A stretch of DNA of 63,997 nt, the filler included, from Stramenopiles sp. TOSAG23-2 (Eukaryota), in NCBI GenBank assembly GCA_900128395.1. It is 26 parts of 26 records of this genome, joined end to end, with 100 filler letters (N's around TTAATTAATTAA, not from the genome) between each part and the next. Parts side by side here need not be neighbours in the genome. Positions count along the whole stretch, not along the records: positions 19,812 to 22,183 come from LT651799.1; positions 22,284 to 24,652 come from LT651800.1; positions 24,753 to 27,121 come from LT651801.1; positions 27,222 to 29,590 come from LT651802.1; positions 29,691 to 32,058 come from LT651803.1; positions 32,159 to 34,525 come from LT651804.1; 20 more parts are not named here. One strand, 5' to 3'. The notes under the pieces were generated by a model that saw nothing but the letters and a program-made list of their open reading frames with translations, was not told the DNA's origin and made no database searches. Below are positions 22,097-33,347 of this stretch, in pieces (positions within the stretch are counted from its first letter, which is position 1; every line of letters starts with the position of its first letter). A program made the position numbers and the translations under genes.

Positions 22097-22480
22097 TTTT
22101 TTTCTTGTTTTTTTCGGTATATTTCTTTAGTTAATCAAATACTATTATATGTATATATATTATTGTTAAAGGAAGGAATAGAGNNNNNNNNNNNNNNNNN
22201 NNNNNNNNNNNNNNNNNNNNNNNNNNNTTAATTAATTAANNNNNNNNNNNNNNNNNNNNNNNNNNNNNNNNNNNNNNNNNNNNTTTGTCCGCTTAATTAA
22301 TAAGATAGACTAAAAACGTCCAAAGTAAAGAAGAAGATACATAGTATACATATACATATACATATGCCAATATTTCACATTTACATTCTTATCGAATCCA
22401 TTTATCCCATGGAAACATTTTTTTTGTGTAATTAAATAGTAAACTTTTGCTTACAAAAAAAAAAAAAAGCAAAAAAATTA

Positions 22481-24073
22481 ATGATGAAACAACAGATATT
22501 ATTATTGTTATTGTTTATTAATATTTTTCTTTCTTCATTTTGTCATTCAAAAAAAAAAATAGAAGAACCAAGAATTAAAAAACCAAATATAATATTTATT
22601 GTAGCGGATGATTTAGGTTTTTCAGACGTAGGATTTCGAAATAATAATGAAATACACACACCAAACATCAATGAATTTGCACAACAAGGAATGGTATTGG
22701 AAAATTATTATGTACAAGATGTATGTTCACCATCTAGGGCTACATTTATGACCGGACGTTTCCCATTACATAATACAATTGTAGATTGGATCCCGCCAAA
22801 ATCTACATATGGATTGCCTTTAAACGAGACTACCATGGCTGATAAATTCAAAAGTGCAGGATATATTACCCGTGCTGTTGGAAAATGGCATCTTGGATTT
22901 TACAAATGGGGATTTACACCAACATTCCGTGGTTTCGATTCATTTTTAGGATTTTACAGTGGCGGTGAAGATTACTTTACACATGAATCTTCCGGTGGAT
23001 ATGATTTCCGCATTGATGGTAAAACGAAATGTGGGGAAGGTTGTTCCATATTAAATACAATGGATCAAGGAAATTATTCAACTACAGTATTTTCCAAAGA
23101 AGCTGTACGTGTGATTGAAGAACATGATACAAATCATCCATTGTTTTTATATTTAGCATATCAAGGTGTACATAGCCCTGGACAAGTTCCGGAATCATAT
23201 GTAAAACCATATGAAAACACTATAAGCAGTCCAATACGTAGAACATTTGCTGGAATGTTATCTGCAGTTGATGAAGGTATTGGAAATGTGACAAATGCAT
23301 TGAAACAAAAAAATATGTATGATAATTCATTGTTCATATTTACTTCTGATAATGGTGGACCAACAACTACAAGTGATGGTATTGGTGCGATTAATTGGCC
23401 ATTAAGAGGTGGGAAACATTCAATTTGGGAAGGTGGCACGCGTGCAATTTCAGTAATAAGTACAAGTTCTAATTCAAATCTTTTATCCCCACATGTAAAA
23501 GGTAAAGAATATCATGGACTCATGCATGGAGTTGATTGGCTTCCAACATTGAGTGATATTGCTGGATATGATTTGAAAAACACGTTGCCATTAGATGGTG
23601 TGTCACAATGGAAAGCTATGAATGACGTTGTAAATACGATTAAAGGTACAGTATCATCGCCACGAAATACGCTTGTATATGGAAATGCAACTGATTATTG
23701 CCCAGGTGAAAAACATGAAGTGAAACTTAAATGTGGATTTGCAATTCGTTATGAAAATTTTAAGTTGATAAAAGGATATGGTGGCACACCTGATTCATAT
23801 TGTAATAAAACTACAAAGACACAATTAAGTTGCTTTCCAAAAGTTCCGGAACCTGAATCATGTCCAAATGGATTTTGTTTATATGATGTCATAAATGATC
23901 CATTTGAATTGAATGAAATCAGTTCACAACATGGAGATATTGTAGATAAAATGAAATTACAACTTGATAATGAATTGAAAAATTATCATCAATATTCATT
24001 GGATGAAAATTGCCCAAAACATAAATTTAAAATTGATAAAGTTGTTGGTAAATATTGGAATCCATGGTGTTAA
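22481..24073 (+). CDS. Secreted/lysosomal sulfatase, arylsulfatase B-like (S1, formylglycine type)
   Basis: Signal peptide; KPNIIFIVADDLG, CSPSRATFMTGR (CxPxR), GKWHLG, SDNGG and PLRGGKHSIWEGG. Confidence 0.95.
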   Translation: MMKQQILLLLLFINIFLSSFCHSKKKIEEPRIKKPNIIFIVADDLGFSDVGFRNNNEIHTPNINEFAQQGMVLENYYVQDVCSPSRATFMTGRFPLHNTIVDWIPPKSTYGLPLNETTMADKFKSAGYITRAVGKWHLGFYKWGFTPTFRGFDSFLGFYSGGEDYFTHESSGGYDFRIDGKTKCGEGCSILNTMDQGNYSTTVFSKEAVRVIEEHDTNHPLFLYLAYQGVHSPGQVPESYVKPYENTISSPIRRTFAGMLSAVDEGIGNVTNALKQKNMYDNSLFIFTSDNGGPTTTSDGIGAINWPLRGGKHSIWEGGTRAISVISTSSNSNLLSPHVKGKEYHGLMHGVDWLPTLSDIAGYDLKNTLPLDGVSQWKAMNDVVNTIKGTVSSPRNTLVYGNATDYCPGEKHEVKLKCGFAIRYENFKLIKGYGGTPDSYCNKTTKTQLSCFPKVPEPESCPNGFCLYDVINDPFELNEISSQHGDIVDKMKLQLDNELKNYHQYSLDENCPKHKFKIDKVVGKYWNPWC

Positions 24074-24279
24074 TTTCGCTTTATGAAAAAAAAGAGAAGA
24101 ATATGGTGATGTGTTTTGTGAACACTGATAGAAATATTTTTATATTTTTTATTTTGCTAATAATATGTATAATTGAAAAAAGAAAGTGCTGTAAATATGT
24201 GTGTGTGTGTGTGTCTTTTTTTCTTAAAAAAAATAAATATTCTCTTCTCATTTTACGTGTTATATCTATCTCTATTTTT

Positions 24280-24651
24280 TTATAATAATTTTATTTGCTC
24301 AGTATTAATAAAATAATGTATGGAATTTTTTCTCTTTAGCGGCTTATCAGTTACATTTTCTGCCATACTAGTACATACAAACGTATGATTTTCAATTGCA
24401 TGTCGTAACAATTTATTATGCAATCTTCCTCTTTGATTGAATATTGTATCTACATCATTATTTGAATTTTGTTGTTGTAACTCGTGCAATAAAGATATCT
24501 GTAATGCTTTATTGGAATACGTTGCTATGACTGAATTTGGACTATTTGCATTGACATTATTATTGCCCCTCCGTTGTTGTTGTTGTTGTTGCGTTTGTTC
24601 TATATTTAATGGTTTCCTCGATTCTACAAGAAAGTCAGAAGAAAGAACAAC
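24280..24651 (-). CDS. Hypothetical protein, C-terminal fragment
   Basis: Open frame from the contig end (…SRKPLNIEQTQQQQQQRRG…) to the stop at 24280. Confidence 0.45.
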   Translation of the reverse strand, partial: VVLSSDFLVESRKPLNIEQTQQQQQQRRGNNNVNANSPNSVIATYSNKALQISLLHELQQQNSNNDVDTIFNQRGRLHNKLLRHAIENHTFVCTSMAENVTDKPLKRKNSIHYFINTEQIKLL

Positions 24652-24753
24652 ANNNNNNNNNNNNNNNNNNNNNNNNNNNNNNNNNNNNNNNNNNNNTTAA
24701 TTAATTAANNNNNNNNNNNNNNNNNNNNNNNNNNNNNNNNNNNNNNNNNNNNA

Positions 24754-25070
24754 TTACATATAAGAGTGATATTGTTTGTAGTATTGCAATGTGTATTTAT
24801 GTCTGCTGTAAACGGTCAGGATGTTGCTTGTAAAGTTGGTGAAGGTACATATGCCGGAGCTATATTTACATCTGGTGATGCATCACAATGTAGTGGTCTA
24901 TCTAAAATAACAACAGAAGCAGAATGTAGATTAATTACAAAGTGACTGGTACAACCTTTAAAGCAACATGTGATAATAAACCAAATAGTCAACCATGTGG
25001 CAGTAGTAGTAATTCAAGACGTCGACGATTGCTTCAAGATGAATATGGAAATAGTGGGGAGAGACTTTAA
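24754..25070 (+). pseudogene. Frameshifted or internally deleted remnant of a secreted cysteine-rich protein
   Basis: Signal-peptide-like VILFVVLQCVFMSAVNG, then SQCSGLSKITTEAEC. A frame change near 24930 leads to TFKATCDNKPNSQPCG...SRRRRLLQDE and an early stop. Confidence 0.4.
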
Positions 25071-25499
25071 AAAAATATCTTTAATAAAATCGAGAGACAG
25101 TGTGCCTGTGAACAAAGGGAGAGTCTTTTTAAATTTATTAAAATTTTAAGGTAAATCATATAAAAAATACGAACGTACAAAAATACACAATTATATAATA
25201 TACAACGTATCGTAAAAGATATATAGTTCGTACTTCTCGTTACGTATATTATTCGTATGAAGTAAATGATACGAACGCGTTCGTACGTTCGTACACAGTA
25301 TTTTAATTTTTTATTTCCTACTCCATGACAAATGACAATATTCCTACTCTCAAAAGAATACAGTGACTGAGCCAATATTAATATTCTATCTCACAAGATG
25401 TGTCGATAATTTCCGTAACAGAAATTACCGGAATGCGCCTTATGCCACATGCCACACCCGAAAAAATATTAAAGTAAATACTGTCTCACCGCTCCCCTT

Positions 25500-26609
25500 T
25501 CAAATCTTTGATTTTATGTTATTACCTCCCCTTTCATAATAATATGGCGTCATATCCATATTTGGATATCGTTTTCCAACTGCATGCAACGTTTCAGGTG
25601 TCCAATAAGAATGTCCTGGTTCAGGAAATGTAATTGCTGTGCGTTGTTCAACACTTAATGTTTCTAAAAATCGACGAGGCATCAATGCCATTTTAGGTGC
25701 AAAACTTTGCCATTGATGATGTATTGAATCTTTTTTTCGTATTACATGATGATGGGTATGCCTAAATTTATTTAATAAAACTGGGGTCCCTCGATGCCAT
25801 GAGTCCATTCGATATACAATACATGTCCCTGGAGAATAATATACAGGTTTTTCTTCATTTAATAATCGATTTATATTTTCTTTTGAACGTGGTTTATATA
25901 CATTATCTTCATCACTATTGTCATCACCATTTGTTACTTCATTATCTAAATCAAAGACGAAATTTGGCGGATTAAAAATAGTAGAAGTTGTTAATTCACC
26001 TGGTAAGGCTTTTGCAAAATGTGTTGCGCCCCCACATTCTTCCACATCACTATAATAACACAAAATGGCGACAGCTTCTGGTCCATTCACTTTTGGTGGG
26101 ACAACCAATGTATTATTACCATAATCAACATGGATATCTTGATCACCCATTAATTGTCCATGTGTTTTATGACCAGGTCGGTTAAATACTTTTCCTAATT
26201 TTCCAATAATATGTGATTGGGATAGTCTTAAATCCATGATATCGCACGATAATAATTGTGAGCAGATGGATAATACCCTCGGATGAATTGACATGTAATT
26301 TAATGATTTAATTTTATTTTCACGAAACTCTGGAAATGGAAAATCAATTGCTTTATTAAATGCTCTTGGATTACTTATATCAGATGGTTTTACTATATCC
26401 ATGGCTTCTACTTTTGCTTTTTCGATGAGTTCCTGTGGCCATAAATTCTTTAAAACAACAAAACCATCATTAATAAATTGTTCCACTTGTTTATCATTTA
26501 ATATTGGCTCACCTTTCTTTCTATTTCCTATATCTTCTGGATGCCAAAAATCTAATGTTTTATTTAATTTATCATATGGTTTTTCATTTGGATTGGTATT
26601 TCGTACCAT
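25500..26609 (-). CDS. PhyH-like (phytanoyl-CoA dioxygenase family) 2OG-Fe(II) dioxygenase, C-terminal SKI
   Basis: LNDKQVEQFINDGFVVLKNL, HVD (HxD), GGATHF, PGTCIVY...WHRG...R. Confidence 0.85.
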   Translation of the reverse strand: MVRNTNPNEKPYDKLNKTLDFWHPEDIGNRKKGEPILNDKQVEQFINDGFVVLKNLWPQELIEKAKVEAMDIVKPSDISNPRAFNKAIDFPFPEFRENKIKSLNYMSIHPRVLSICSQLLSCDIMDLRLSQSHIIGKLGKVFNRPGHKTHGQLMGDQDIHVDYGNNTLVVPPKVNGPEAVAILCYYSDVEECGGATHFAKALPGELTTSTIFNPPNFVFDLDNEVTNGDDNSDEDNVYKPRSKENINRLLNEEKPVYYSPGTCIVYRMDSWHRGTPVLLNKFRHTHHHVIRKKDSIHHQWQSFAPKMALMPRRFLETLSVEQRTAITFPEPGHSYWTPETLHAVGKRYPNMDMTPYYYERGGNNIKSKI

Positions 26610-27221
26610 TATTATAATATTTTGTCGGTGGTAGTTATATGTATAATATATATATGTTATGTATCACAATGGTGAAGATGAAACAATTCAATTGATCTTA
26701 AAACTTTTGTTGTCTAAAATAAATAATATCTTTTTTGTTTGATCTTGGATTATTAGAATTATGTTTGTGCGTTTGATGTTTTTTGTTGAACTAGAGAAGA
26801 ACGGGGTTTTTTTATTATTATTTTTTTTTTATTATTATTGTGCTATTTGGGTTGTACGGAAGAACGAAGCAACAAAGAGAGGGTGTGTGTGTTTTTTTAA
26901 GGGTGAAAGCGTGATATTTGGTACAAAGAGTATCATAATATCTTAGGATTAATATCCTTGTAATAAGACGGATGAAACTCTCCTAAAAACAGGCGTGGTC
27001 TAATTAGTACAGATTTAGTATACTATAAATATTTGATAGGTAAATCTTGGAAGATAATAAATCCATAAAATCCAAAAATGACCAATGTTAATTGGATGAA
27101 AATATCTAGAATATCCGATGGNNNNNNNNNNNNNNNNNNNNNNNNNNNNNNNNNNNNNNNNNNNNTTAATTAATTAANNNNNNNNNNNNNNNNNNNNNNN
27201 NNNNNNNNNNNNNNNNNNNNN

Positions 27222-27983
27222 CCGCTAGCACGAGTCTCCACAAATGAAGTGTTTAAAGAATCACCAGATTTTCCTGGTTATATACGTGTGTTACTTATAT
27301 CTATGGAAGAAATCAGAATTAAATTGTGTATGGATCGAAAAGAATTAATTAAAAAATTGTTATTGGAAGAGGAGCAGGCAGAAAAAGAAGGAACAGAGAA
27401 AATAATGCATAGCAACATGTATGATTTAAGTAACATTACATTTTTACAAGATGTGGATGAACAAGGTGCATATAAAATTAACTGGACACGCCCAGACAAT
27501 AGTTTCATGTTTATCGACATACAGAAATTAAATATTTTAGGCTCACCTTCAAGGATAACTCATTATTCCAAAGCGACATTAAAGCCATTAAAAGAACAGA
27601 TGAGAGCATTGGCTTTTGAAGATAGAGAAAGATCTAATTCTGATGGGAAATTGAGACGCGCCAGCATGAAAAAGTTGGGACGACGAAGAAATAGTAGAAA
27701 AAACAGCGTTGATTCAACAGATGAGGAGGAGGATGAAAACACAACATGGTACAAAAATCTAATACAAAAAATTAGACAATACATGTTATCACCAGATTTA
27801 GAAGTTAATATGTATACACAATTTGAAATTGATAGTGGTGGCAAACGTAGTGGTGTAGTTGAAGATGTTAATGATAATGATGTACATGCAGTTTTATTAC
27901 CAACAAATGGTAAAATTAAAATGTCATTTTCAATTGAAGAAATAGCAATGGATCTTGGTTTAAAGGAAAGGCAGGAGTTTTAG
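27222..27983 (+). CDS. Hypothetical protein, C-terminal fragment
   Basis: Frame is open from the contig start for about 250 aa. No motif recognised. Confidence 0.6.
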   Translation, partial: PLARVSTNEVFKESPDFPGYIRVLLISMEEIRIKLCMDRKELIKKLLLEEEQAEKEGTEKIMHSNMYDLSNITFLQDVDEQGAYKINWTRPDNSFMFIDIQKLNILGSPSRITHYSKATLKPLKEQMRALAFEDRERSNSDGKLRRASMKKLGRRRNSRKNSVDSTDEEEDENTTWYKNLIQKIRQYMLSPDLEVNMYTQFEIDSGGKRSGVVEDVNDNDVHAVLLPTNGKIKMSFSIEEIAMDLGLKERQEF

Positions 27984-28060
27984 TTGTTGGTATTATATAA
28001 TTCATGTGTATACTTTGCTGAAAATGTATATTATAAAATAATAATTCTTTCCGAATTTTT

Positions 28061-28266
28061 GTATATAGCACTATACTAAAATAATTAAACTGTCCTATTA
28101 GAATCACAGTAATTAATATTATTTTACTGATTTTGTACAATATAGATTAGAGACGTGCAGACTGTATATAGCACTATACTAAAATAATTAAACTGTCCTA
28201 TTAGAATCACAGTAATTAATATTATTTTACTGATTTTGTACAATATAGATTAGAGACGTGCAGACT
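28061..28266. repeat. Perfect 103-bp tandem duplication (probably an assembly artefact)
   Basis: 28061-28163 is identical to 28164-28266. Confidence 0.9.
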
Positions 28267-28540
28267 ATAGTGCATTACACACATTTTAATTTCGTTACTA
28301 ATTATGATAAAACATGTCATTAACTGTAATTATATACTTTAAACTGTATACATTGCAACCATTATAATACATCATACATCTCTCTATATTTAAAAGTGCA
28401 TTAAACAAAATACGAAACAAAGATAAAGTGGTAACATTCAACAGGAGCACATTTTCAAAAGATTTACAGCAAGATATGTTTAAAACAGACACTCTAGGAA
28501 TGTCCTTTAATTCCTCATGGACATGTATAAAATTAGATAT

Positions 28541-29129
28541 TTACACTTTTTCCTCTGCTTGATGCAATTTTTGTTTATTGAAGCAAGTTGCTTTAATAAA
28601 TGAAAAGTAAGTGATACTCAACATTCCAACTACATATACCATGAACAACGATGCATGGAATATGTATACTGTTGAAAGTCTGTCCCCATTGACCGGGTTC
28701 AATTTTGCGCAAGCAACACCTTCTGGTGACCATCGGTTAAGAGGAACTGTAATCGTACAGATAATATAGCATATTCCTCCGAACAGATGTAAAACCCAAT
28801 TTAAAGGGAACAATAAACTGTCGGAGATATAGCCACCGTATGCCATAGCCACACACAGAAATGTTTCGCAGAAACAAGTCATTGCCATCATTCCTGTAGA
28901 ATTCCTGGTGCCCTGGCATGTGGTATCATATGATGTTGCACCCCAAATATCCCAGTACATCTGTGGAGCATAGCGTATGATTGAGTGATGTGTTAGAGAG
29001 GGTATATCTTTTTTAAAGTTTAGGGGAATAAAATTTACTTACCACAAAGAAACCAAAATTTTGTATTGCCATCATGGCACTATGAAAAGCAATTTTTGGC
29101 TTATCTTCTGGTAACGAATTAACTGGCAT
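28541..29129 (-). CDS. Small four-TM membrane protein (168 aa); exons 29129-29043 and 28960-28541
   Basis: Phase-0 intron 28961-29042 (GTAAGT...CTAAC...CAG) adds MPVNSLPEDKPKIAFHSAMMAIQNFGFFV to ORF 28541-28960. Confidence 0.78.
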
Positions 29130-29690
29130 GTTTTTTTTAAAGTTTCCTTTTTTAAAAGAGAGTTTTTGAAAATGATTAATGTGATTAAAACTAGAAGATA
29201 AACAGCGTTGTTTACTTGATAATTCTGATATTACTTATTACGATATTAATGTTTATTATTTTATGTATGTATTTAATATATACACCCTTTAAATCTTCGA
29301 TAAAATGTCATATATATACCATATACCATATAGATATATATACTCATAGATATTTATACCATCACAATATCACAGGGATATAGACTTTTACTTATAATGT
29401 TTTGGGTTTAAAATACCATGTACACAGTATTAAAGATAGGCAACAAACACGCGCACGAGGACCACCAAGCCAGACAAAGAACTTTTTGAATTTTTCCTCA
29501 TTTGAAGAGTTTAATGCGAAATAAATTGTTATTTGTTATTAGAGGCCGTTTCATGCATCAACATCAATTTCTTTTGCTGTTCTATCATTANNNNNNNNNN
29601 NNNNNNNNNNNNNNNNNNNNNNNNNNNNNNNNNNTTAATTAATTAANNNNNNNNNNNNNNNNNNNNNNNNNNNNNNNNNNNNNNNNNNNN

Positions 29691-30079
29691 AATTTTGCTT
29701 TAGCATCTCTGGCAAGTACAGCATCGACTTTCCCCGTTGTTGGGTCTGTGCCTAATGGTCTCCTGAATAATAAGATATGTGGTTCAGGACGATGGATTGC
29801 ATAATGTACCCACCCACGACTTTGCTGTACACCGATGCCACGCCATTCACTTTCTGAAAGTAATCGGTTTTTTGGCAATTGTTTTGCAAGTTCACGTGGA
29901 AGTATTACATGACTATATATATATATTATGAGTGCATTTAGAGAAATATATAAGTTACGTGTTAGTATGTGAGGTTGTTAATGTTTGTTTGTTTTTTCCA
30001 GTACTTACCGATACTCGTTTTTATCGTCTTGGTATTTTTCAGAGTATTCGATGCGAGAAGTTATATCACCGTGTGGCAT
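29691..30079 (-). CDS. CKS1: Cyclin-dependent kinase regulatory subunit CKS1/Suc1; exons 30079-30009 and 29912-29691 (3'-truncated)
   Basis: [20 protein letters not shown]...[35 protein letters not shown]. Intron 29913-30008 (GTAAGT...TACTAAC...TAG). Confidence 0.96.
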
Positions 30080-31328
30080 GATAAACTGTATATGCATGTA
30101 TGTATATATATATATACATAATATTAAAAGTTACAAATATAAAAGTCAAAAAATAAAAAAGGTTATTTGTTAGTCATATTTTGATTAAGAAAACAAAAAG
30201 TAGAAAGGTATTATACTAATTTCCACTTGAAACACATTATATACAAGAATATATAATTGCATATATATAATATACTTACATTTAAAGAAAACTACTTATA
30301 AAAAAAAGGGGGAATGTATATGAAATGCTATGTAATGAAAGTTGGCTAACTTGTTGACTATATAACAATCTATGATCTGTATGTATCACTACATGCCAAC
30401 ATCTTCTATTTCTATCATTCATATTACTATATATTTAATGTTTTTTAGTCCATAATAAGTCACTAAACTTCACTAAAATCAATTTCATCAGTTTGTAGAT
30501 GTTGAACACAATGCTGTGCCATTGTAATTCTATTTGAAAAAATTAACTGATTTTCACACTTTCATTGTAACTAGTGTTAAATGTTGGTTTAAAACTATTT
30601 ACCTGCTAAAGCCTTGGTAGATTAGCGCCAAGGAGATACAACGTTCTCAAGGATTTCTGAATATAAGTACGAAATTTAAAATACTTAAATACCAATATTA
30701 AGTTCCTATATGTTGTGTAAATGTAAAAATTCACCCCGCAGCCTTTTTTTTTGAGATTTTTTGGACTTTTTTGTTAGTCTACGAAATATTTCATAGCCCA
30801 GTAAAGGAGTTTCCTTTTTTAAAGAACAAAATCACAATACCTAAAAAGGAAGATATGGTATTAACATGCAAATACAAATAAATCAACTCCATCACGTTTA
30901 TCCAAAAAAAGGATCGTAAATGTCCGCATTTATTCATCACTTGAAAAACCGACATAATTCGTTGATTGCCACGATGATCATTGTAATATATTGCAATGAT
31001 ATTATAAATATCCATAAACATAGCCAACATTGTAAAATGATTGATTATAGAAAATCCCACAGTTGTTTTAAAACTTTTTTTACAGATCCGAAAAATTTAC
31101 CTGGAATACTATGTATAATAATAATAGTACTGCTGTATAGTACTGATGATGGAGTGAATGGTAGTAATAATAATAATAGTAGTACAATAACAACATATGT
31201 AATTGTAATACATTAACAAAAAACAAGAAACAAGAACATTAATAATATTCTCCTAGGATTATAATGAACCGATTTTAACAAGATAAATCTATATTTTTTC
31301 GTAAGCAAGCATCTTGAAACAAAGCAAT

Positions 31329-32058
31329 ATGTCTGTGTCAATCAAGGTAGCCGTAAGATGCCGCCCATTTACCTGTGACGATATGCTGGGGGTACATATG
31401 ATTCAAAATTCAGAAGAACCACCTAGTGGTGAAATTATATTATTGAAGTCTAAATATTCGACAAATCGTTTTGGTTTCGCATGGTCTTGGTGGACTGCAT
31501 ATGGGTTCCAAAGGCATATGTCAGACGATGACAAAGATTACAGTCTAGCGGAAGAAATGGAATTGATTGGACAAGATAAGGTATATAGTGCTGCAGGAAA
31601 AAAAATTAAGGCAGACTTATATGATGGTAATGCAGTTGTTATCTTTGCTTATGGTCTGAGTGGAAGTGGGAAAACTTTTACTGTGTTTGGTCCTGATGCT
31701 GCAGATGCACCAGAAGCATGGTTTAAACATATGGAACCGTTCAACATGTGGGGTATTTTCCCTAATCTTGGTTACGAAGTTTTTCAAGATAGGAAGGATG
31801 GCTGGAAAGTGAAGATGAAATACTTTCAAAATGTTGTCAGTACAATTCGTGATTTAATGTCACCAGTTGCTAAAGAACAAACATATAAATCTGGTATGAA
31901 GAAAGATAAAGATGGTTTTCAAGATGTTACATGGTGCTTATCACAAGCTTTAGACAGTTGGAAGGAATTATGTGATATTTTCCAAGTATCCAATGGTCGC
32001 AAGGCCATCGCACCGACACAGTTCAACCCCATGTCTACACGTGGCCATTGTATCATGC
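31329..32058 (+). CDS. Kinesin motor domain protein, divergent, 3'-truncated
   Basis: IKVAVRCRPF, P-loop AYGLSGSGKTFT, IRDLM and switch I NPMSTRGHCI. Confidence 0.9.
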
Positions 32059-32158
32059 NNNNNNNNNNNNNNNNNNNNNNNNNNNNNNNNNNNNNNNNNN
32101 NNTTAATTAATTAANNNNNNNNNNNNNNNNNNNNNNNNNNNNNNNNNNNNNNNNNNNN

Positions 32159-33344
32159 TATCATCTTGGTGTACACCTAATGAACTCCCTGCTTTTATGT
32201 AATAATTCAAAACAGCTTGATTTATAAAATCATTTGACGAAACTAACTTTAATCGATTGGATATTTCATCTTTTAATTTCATAACAAGTGATGGTGATAA
32301 TCTCATATAATCTACATCATTATATAATCTACTTTTTTTTTGTTGGTTTTCTTTCATCATAGCACCATATGCATAACGATAACCTAAAAATAATTTAACA
32401 CGTTTCTTATGTATATTTTCATCTAATGTCTTTGTTCGTTTTAAAATAATTTCTAATGGTGCTGGTGCTGGTGCTGCTGCTGTATTTGCATCAACCGATG
32501 TAGTTAAAGTTGTTGTTGACTTTATTTGTTTGCTACCAACCGATTGCAAAAGTCTATTTGCTTCAATTTCAAAATTTTTAATTTCCTCTGGTTTGAAATA
32601 ATTAATTACTTGTGTAATACCAGTGTATGTACCATTCAAAAATCTCCATTTACGTTTTATATATCGTTTTCCACATTCTCGTTGTATTGTTTTATCATCT
32701 GCTTCAATATCACTGCCAAACCTTGTTCCACGTATAATTACTCTTTTAAAGTGCTTACTGGAATAAAATAATTGAATATCATCATAAGATAACTCTGCTT
32801 GTTTTATCCAAGTTCGATCATTTGATGAAAAATAAAGAAATTCATTATTTTCACTACATTTCATATCAACTAATGTATGCTGACGTATCTGTTGTTGTAT
32901 TAGTTCAATAGATGGTGGGATAACTATATTATTAACATTTGGATCTATTTGGATTAAAGTATTGTTGCCACTGTTGAAATTGCCACTATCAGTGTTGTTG
33001 TTTGTTGTTTCGCCATCATCTTCTTTTAATTGTTGATTTTTGACATTATTCTTTTCTATTATTGTTTTGTTGGTTTTTTTCTCCTTATTATTATTAATAT
33101 TATTACTTTTATTAGTATTATTATTAGTATTATCAACAACTGGTGTCAAGCAAAATTGACAACAATGATCATCTTTAGTTATATCAAATGAATCAGGTAA
33201 TTTATATGCGCTACAATAAATATGTATAGCTTTTGGGCAACGATCGCATAGTAACATCATAGCATCGTCATATAATGATCCACATATCTCACACCGTAAT
33301 GATTTTGCATCTATGGTATCATTGTCCAATTCCAATGTTGTCAT
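32159..33344 (-). CDS. PHD finger plus ALKBH5-like 2OG-Fe(II) dioxygenase (downstream half of an inversion-scrambled gene), 3'-truncated
   Basis: PHD C4HC3: CEIC...LLCDRC...HIYC...CQFC. AlkB region: GITQVINYFKPEEIKNFE, KLFLGYRYAYG, RLYNDVD and FINQAVLNYYIKAGSSLGVHQD (HxD). Confidence 0.8.
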
Positions 33345-33347
33345 CTT

